The notes under the pieces are model-generated. The model was not told where the DNA came from. It made no database searches and saw only the letters and a program-made list of their open reading frames with translations. Below, piece by piece: positions 17,961 through 22,290 of a stretch of DNA of 22,290 nucleotides. The stretch's first letter is position 1. Each line of letters starts with the position of its first letter. The translations under genes and the position numbers were made by a program. This DNA comes from Candidatus Fervidifonticultor sextus (lineage in GTDB: Bacteria; Sysuimicrobiota; Sysuimicrobiia; Sysuimicrobiales; Humicultoraceae): the NCBI GenBank assembly GCA_031459875.1, contig JAVKHQ010000038.1, forward strand, positions 1 to 22,290, in the 5' to 3' direction.

Positions 17961-19783
17961 AGGCGAGCCTCCCGTTCCCGGGGCGCCGTCGCCGCCCGGG
18001 CCTCCAGCCGGCGGGCCAGCAGTTCGCCCGCCAGGATGAGGGCGATCAGCAGGACGATGATCGCGTTGGCGAACTGCGGCAGGCCCTGCTCGGTGTACCG
18101 GAAGGTCATGGTGGTGAGGGTGCGCGTGGCCGGGGTGATCAGCAGGATGATGAGGGAAAGCTCCCGCATGGTGGAGATGAAGGCCAGCAGCACGCCCGAC
18201 AGCAGCCCGCTGGCCACCAGCGGGACCAGGACCCGGCGCACGCGCAGCCAGAGTCCGGCGCCCAGCACCGCCGAGGCCTCCTCCAGCTCCCCGCTGACCT
18301 GCATCAGCGCTGCGATACCGGTCCGCGAGGCGAAGGGCAGGTTCTTCACCGTGCAGGTCAGAACCAGCAGGGCAAAGCTGCCGTAGAGCGCGGGCAGCGG
18401 ACCCCAGGACCGCAGGAAGACCGCCAGGTAGACGGCCCCGAAGGCGATGCTGGGGACCAGGTAGGGCAGGAAGGAGACCTGTTCGACGACCTTGGCCAGC
18501 AGCGTGCCGCGGCCCCGGACCACCGCGAGCCCGACCGCCAGGCCCGCGGCCCCCGTGAGGACCGCGGTGGCCAGGCTCAACCGGAGGCTGTTGAACGCCG
18601 CACCGAGGATCGGGCGGTTGCGCAGAATCCCGGCCTCGCCGTCCGCGATCGCCGGGTCCGAGCGGCCGATCCAGAAGTGGGCCGTCAGGTTGCGCAGGGA
18701 GTAGTCGTCGGGGTAGCGCATCAGGCTGTTCCAGAGCAGCAGCCCCAGCGGCACCACCACCGCGATCGCGATCACGCCCCAGGCGAAGGCCGCCGCCGGC
18801 GCCCGCCAGGGACCCAACGGTCGGATCCGGGTGCGCATCCCGCGGCCGGTGATGGTCACGAAACTGCGCCGGGCGCCGATGGCGCGTTGGTTGGCGTAGA
18901 CGGTCAGCGCCGAGATGACGATCAGCACCAGGGCCAGGATGTAGCCGGCGGCGGCGGCCCGGCCGACGATGTGGGCGTAGATCATCGTGGACAGAGTGAA
19001 ATAGCGCACCGGCAGCCCCAGCAGGTAGGGCGTCCCGAAGGTCCCCAGCGCCTTGGAGAAGGTCAGGATGAGCGCCGACAGCAGAGCCGGCAGCAGCAGC
19101 GGGACGGTGATCCGTCGGAAGATGGTCCCGCTGCGGGCGCCCAGCACTTCGCCGCTCTCTTCAAGGCTGGCGTCCAGGCCGCGCATCGCCGCGGCCAGCA
19201 GGAGGAACGTGAAGGGGAAGTAGTGCAGCCCCAGGACGACCACGATCGGCAGCGGACCGTAGGCGAGCCAGTCGGGCGGTGGCGCGCCGGTGACGGACTC
19301 GAACAGCCCGACCCCGGCGCCGGCCCGGGCGCTGCGGAACAGGATGAGCCACACCAGGGCGATCGTCCACGACGGCAGGACGTAGGGGACGACCCCCAGC
19401 GTCTGCAGCCAGGTGCGGCCCAAGACGTCGGTCCGCACCACGAGCCAGGCCAGCAGGCCCCCCACGGCCAGGGCCACCGCCGAGGCGCCCAATGCGGTCA
19501 CCAGCGTGTTCGCCAGCGGGACGTAGAGGACGTTCCGGCTGATCTCGCTGCCGAAGGCCCGCCGCCAGTGGAAGGCCGTGGGGGCGCCGGGTTCGGCGTC
19601 CGGGTGCGCCCGCAGGTCCTCGTCGCTCCAGGTGAGCGTCGTGACCACCAGCTGCAGCATGGGCGCTGCGACCAGCAACGTCAGCAGGACGCCGAGGGCC
19701 AGACCGATGATGACGTGGGGCCTGGCCAACCCAAAGCGCAGGCGGTGCAGGCGCACCACGAGGGCGGGACTGAGGACTGCCAT
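17957..19783 (-). CDS. Fe3+-type ABC permease (FbpB/AfuB-like, fused double TM domain)
   Basis: Hydrophobic 608 aa with two EAA loops (LEESGEVLGA; LEEASAVLGA). Confidence 0.9.
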   Translation of the reverse strand: MAVLSPALVVRLHRLRFGLARPHVIIGLALGVLLTLLVAAPMLQLVVTTLTWSDEDLRAHPDAEPGAPTAFHWRRAFGSEISRNVLYVPLANTLVTALGASAVALAVGGLLAWLVVRTDVLGRTWLQTLGVVPYVLPSWTIALVWLILFRSARAGAGVGLFESVTGAPPPDWLAYGPLPIVVVLGLHYFPFTFLLLAAAMRGLDASLEESGEVLGARSGTIFRRITVPLLLPALLSALILTFSKALGTFGTPYLLGLPVRYFTLSTMIYAHIVGRAAAAGYILALVLIVISALTVYANQRAIGARRSFVTITGRGMRTRIRPLGPWRAPAAAFAWGVIAIAVVVPLGLLLWNSLMRYPDDYSLRNLTAHFWIGRSDPAIADGEAGILRNRPILGAAFNSLRLSLATAVLTGAAGLAVGLAVVRGRGTLLAKVVEQVSFLPYLVPSIAFGAVYLAVFLRSWGPLPALYGSFALLVLTCTVKNLPFASRTGIAALMQVSGELEEASAVLGAGLWLRVRRVLVPLVASGLLSGVLLAFISTMRELSLIILLITPATRTLTTMTFRYTEQGLPQFANAIIVLLIALILAGELLARRLEARAATAPREREARL

Positions 19784-19824
19784 CGTCTAGCCGGCGCCGG
19801 TCGGCCGGGCGGAGGGCGCGGGCG

Positions 19825-21015
19825 CTATCGGAGGTAGCGCAGCCAGAACTCCCTCACCTTGTTGGACTGTTTCCAGATCACGTCGTAGTCCTGGTCCCAG
19901 ACCTTCAGGTGGTACAGCATGGGCATCCCCGGGGGCGGGGGAACGTCCGTCCGCGTCGGCAGGTGGCCCTCGATGTAGAACGGTTCGAACCCCTGGCCGC
20001 CCTTCTCATCGCCCATCATCCACCGGATCAGCAACTTCGCCGCGGCCGGATGCGGCGCGTGGGCCGGGATGGCCAGGATGGTGAGGTCGCTGACGGCGGC
20101 GACCGGCTCCATGGCCAGAGCCGGCTCGAACCGCAGCGTCGGCCGGCGGACCTTGTCGCGCATCCGCGACCAGGCGGAGATGCCGATCGGCGGCGCGGTC
20201 TGACCGGGCCGGCCGATGGCGTTGGTCACCTCGTCGGTGGACGGCGCAATGATGAGGTCGTTGGCCAGCAGGCGCCGGATCCACTCGTAGCCCGCGTTCT
20301 CGATCCCCGGGCTCAGGCGCAGTTCTCCGTACTTCCGCTGGTGGGCCGCAGCCATCTCGTCGGCCCGCTGCACGACCGTCACCAGGAACGAGAGGTACTC
20401 GGGGATCTTGAGCGGGTCGGGCAGCATCACCCTGCCCTTCCACTCGGGCCGGGTGAGGTCCCAGAGGTTGTTGACCGGCGGGCTCGCGTAGCGTTCGTTG
20501 TTGTAGAAGACGACCCGGAAGCTGAAGTGGCGGGCCAGCAGGGGCTCCCGGTACTGGCGGGGGATCTTCGTCACCAGGTCCGGCGGCACGTAGTTGAAGA
20601 CCATCCACCGGGGCATCAACTGGTGCTTTACCGTGGCCACCTCAGGAAGGAAAATCAGGTCGGCCTGGTAGTTCCGCGCCCGCTGCTCGGCCAGCACCTT
20701 GGTGATGATCTCGGCACCGTCGAGGTCGAAGGCGTTGACCTTGATCCCCGGGTACTGTTTCTCGAACGTGCTCCCGATGGCGTGGATCCGCGACGAGTAG
20801 GAGTAGACGGTGACCGCGCCTTCCCGCCGGGCCTGCTCGTAGAGGACCGCGGCGTCGAACCGGGGCTCGACGTACGGTCCCAGCCTGGCCGCCTTCAACC
20901 ACTCCTGAGTGGCGGGCGGGGGCGCCGGTTGCGCCAGGGCGGGGCTTCGCCCCGGCACGATCGCCGCCGCCAGCACCGCGGCGACCAGCCCTGCCCATCC
21001 CTGGATGTTCCGCAT
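19825..21015 (-). CDS. ABC transporter substrate-binding protein, Fe3+/AfuA-like family
   Basis: GGGAGG RBS 8 nt upstream; signal peptide ending ALAQ; motifs ARREGAVTVYS, FEKQYPGIKV, NLWDLTRPEWKG, APHPAAAKLLIRWM. Confidence 0.88.
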   Translation of the reverse strand: MRNIQGWAGLVAAVLAAAIVPGRSPALAQPAPPPATQEWLKAARLGPYVEPRFDAAVLYEQARREGAVTVYSYSSRIHAIGSTFEKQYPGIKVNAFDLDGAEIITKVLAEQRARNYQADLIFLPEVATVKHQLMPRWMVFNYVPPDLVTKIPRQYREPLLARHFSFRVVFYNNERYASPPVNNLWDLTRPEWKGRVMLPDPLKIPEYLSFLVTVVQRADEMAAAHQRKYGELRLSPGIENAGYEWIRRLLANDLIIAPSTDEVTNAIGRPGQTAPPIGISAWSRMRDKVRRPTLRFEPALAMEPVAAVSDLTILAIPAHAPHPAAAKLLIRWMMGDEKGGQGFEPFYIEGHLPTRTDVPPPPGMPMLYHLKVWDQDYDVIWKQSNKVREFWLRYLR

Positions 21016-21267
21016 CCCGCATCCCTCCCTGTCTCCCTTCTTCTCTGGCGCGGGGAACCCATCCTCCGGGGATCAGACGTCCTCGCTCTGGCCTACCGTC
21101 GGGACCGACACGCGAATCTCCTCGGTAGGCATCGAGAAGGCGATGCGCGGGAGGTTCTCCTCCGACAGGCCCAGCCGCTCCGCATCGTGCTGAGGTTCCG
21201 AAAGATGGCGATCAACGGTTTTTGAGACGACCCTGCAACGCCGTCCCCGCAACGCTGAGGGCGGCCC

Positions 21268-21460
21268 TTCGCCTCCGACTTCCGGCACTGAAAGGCCACG
21301 ATAGATTTTCCGAGCCAGGAGATTCGAGATCTCGCTGGTGGCGTGGTACCGCCTCGACGGCACCAGTTGCGGGATTCGTCCAAAGCGAATGCGACTTCCC
21401 TTCCCGCTTCAAATGACAACCATGCCTCCTGAGATGCCGAGGCAGGTCGCTTCGCTTCAC
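21268..21460 (-). pseudogene. hicA: HicA-family toxin, frameshifted
   Basis: GTG 21460 gives MKRSDLPRHLRRHGCHLKREGKSHSLWTNPATGAVEAVPRH. After one extra base (~21337) the frame continues SEISNLLARKIYRGLSVPEVGG. The GxSH and VPRH motifs are typical of HicA. The 3' end is approximate because no stop occurs at the expected place. Confidence 0.85.
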
Positions 21461-21667
21461 CTCACGACAACCTTCTCCCGCACTGCGCCGGGCGGCACTC
21501 CGCGCAGGCCGTCCTTACGCCTATCCTCCAGGATGAGCGCGATCGCGTCTGCCAGGCTGCGCCTCCGTTTTCGTTCGCCCCTGTCCGTTGGCTCCCGGGA
21601 TCTCAGGACAGTAGGCGACGTACCACCCGTCGTCACGCTCGATGACGGCTGTAAACTCGTTCCGCAT
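21457..21667 (-). pseudogene. hicB: HicB-family antitoxin (short form), frameshifted
   Basis: ATG 21667 gives MRNEFTAVIERDDGWYVAYCPEIPGANGQGRTKTEA. After a shift at ~21559 the frame reads SLADAIALILEDRRKDGLRGVPPGAVREKVVVR*, whose TGA overlaps the hicA GTG. Span is 211 nt (3n+1); the unshifted frame stops at 21521-21523. Not in the ORF track. Confidence 0.87.
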
Positions 21668-21720
21668 CCGCTTTTCCGGATGCCGCCTTTTCATTCTCAC
21701 CCCGGATCACCCCCGTCCAA
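21664..21720 (-). promoter_or_regulatory. Putative cassette-internal promoter and inverted repeat for hicBA
   Basis: Minus strand TTGGAC (21720-21715), 16 nt, GAGAAT (21698-21693). Perfect 7-bp inverted repeat GCATCCG-CTTTTC-CGGATGC (21664-21683) covers the hicB start codon. Confidence 0.45.
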
Positions 21721-21724
21721 CCCT

Positions 21725-21796
21725 GTCTAACGCGCGCGATAACCTGCGGCGGCGGAGCAAGGGGGAGCCGCCGGCGGGTTCATCGGGAAGTTAGAC
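21725..21796 (-). mobile_element. attC: Integron attC recombination site (59-base element), 72 bp
   Basis: Minus strand reads GTCTAAC-TTCCC-GATGAACC-CGCCGGCGGC-TCCCCCTTGCTCC-GCCGCCGCA-GGTTATC-GCGCGC-GTTAGAC. This gives RYYYAAC, a 5-nt spacer, an 8-nt L'' with an extra base at position 4, a stem-loop, a 7-nt L', a 6-nt spacer and GTTRRRY. It starts 17 nt after the relE/parE stop in the same orientation. Confidence 0.9.
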
Positions 21797-21813
21797 GCTC
21801 GCACGCCGCTGCC

Positions 21814-22101
21814 TCAGTCGAGCCGAAACAAACGGGCACCGTGAAACACGGTGACAATCTCGACGGTATCCTGCCTCAGGCGATACACGATGCGGTAGCT
21901 GCCGTGGATGACCTCACGGAGGGACTCGTCTCCAGCCTCGGGTACCACCCGCCCGGACAGAGGGTGGCTCTCGAGCCGGGCCACCGCGGCGACGATCCGT
22001 TCCATCACCAGTTCGGCGTAGTGAGCGGAGTCACGCGCCACATAAGCCCGGATCGCCACAACGTCCTCGATCGCCTGAGGTGCCCAGACGATCCGGGTCA
22101 C
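21814..22101 (-). CDS. Type II toxin, RelE/ParE family
   Basis: 95 aa: IVWAPQAIEDV..I..Y...DS...A, L..HPLSGRVVPE, LREVIHGSYRIVYR, VEIVTVFHGAR. GTGA overlap with the upstream small gene. Confidence 0.92.
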   Translation of the reverse strand: MTRIVWAPQAIEDVVAIRAYVARDSAHYAELVMERIVAAVARLESHPLSGRVVPEAGDESLREVIHGSYRIVYRLRQDTVEIVTVFHGARLFRLD

Positions 22102-22280
22102 TGCAGCAGTCGTCGCTTCGCCTCGGTGTGGTCAACGCCTTTTCCGGCGTCCAGTTCCGCCAACCCACGCTCGATCTTCGCCAAGAGGACTAGCTGCTCG
22201 ATGGCATCTTCCAGCGTGGCATCCGCTGGCAGCTTCTCGATCACCTCGAGGACCTTTTGCTTGGCGATGCTCCCTGACAT
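22098..22280 (-). CDS. Putative antitoxin cognate to the RelE/ParE toxin
   Basis: 60 aa (AKQKVLEVIEKLPADATLED...KIERGLAELDAGKGVDHTEAKRRL). GGAGG RBS at 22286-22290; translationally coupled upstream of the toxin. Confidence 0.82.
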   Translation of the reverse strand: MSGSIAKQKVLEVIEKLPADATLEDAIEQLVLLAKIERGLAELDAGKGVDHTEAKRRLLQ

Positions 22281-22290
22281 CGATGCCTCC

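Noticed and set aside
21212..21460. 82-aa ORF as an intact HicA with a novel C-terminus
   Set aside because: The HicA-like C-terminus continues in another frame after VPRH, so the tail is a frameshift product.
21338..21730. 130-aa plus-strand ORF
   Set aside because: Antisense to the hicB/hicA pseudogenes; no recognisable features.
1..22290. CRISPR array, rRNA/tRNA genes, transposase or integrase
   Set aside because: No regularly spaced repeats, structural RNA signatures or recombinase motifs were seen by eye; nearly all of the sequence is explained by protein-coding genes.

Overview
High-GC bacterial window. From left to right it holds: a 5'-partial YyaL/DUF255 gene (minus strand, missed by the ORF track); a family-5 (peptide/nickel-type) ABC binding protein and a CocE/NonD hydrolase, with two permeases on the opposite strand and no ATPase; a probable alpha/beta-hydrolase C-terminal remnant; an ICL/PEP-mutase-family lyase and a MmgE/PrpD gene; an operon with a clear promoter/operator encoding an Fe3+/AfuABC-type importer, a family III CoA-transferase, a citryl-CoA-lyase-like protein and an enolase-superfamily enzyme with a non-canonical active site; and a convergent second Fe3+/AfuABC-type importer ending in a HAD hydrolase. 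The last ~1.1 kb is less GC-rich and looks like the distal end of an integron-type cassette array. It has an intact antitoxin/RelE-ParE pair, a canonical 72-bp attC site (21725-21796), and a hicB-hicA cassette in which both genes are frameshifted. No integrase is in the window. All family calls come from motifs read by eye; no searches were run.
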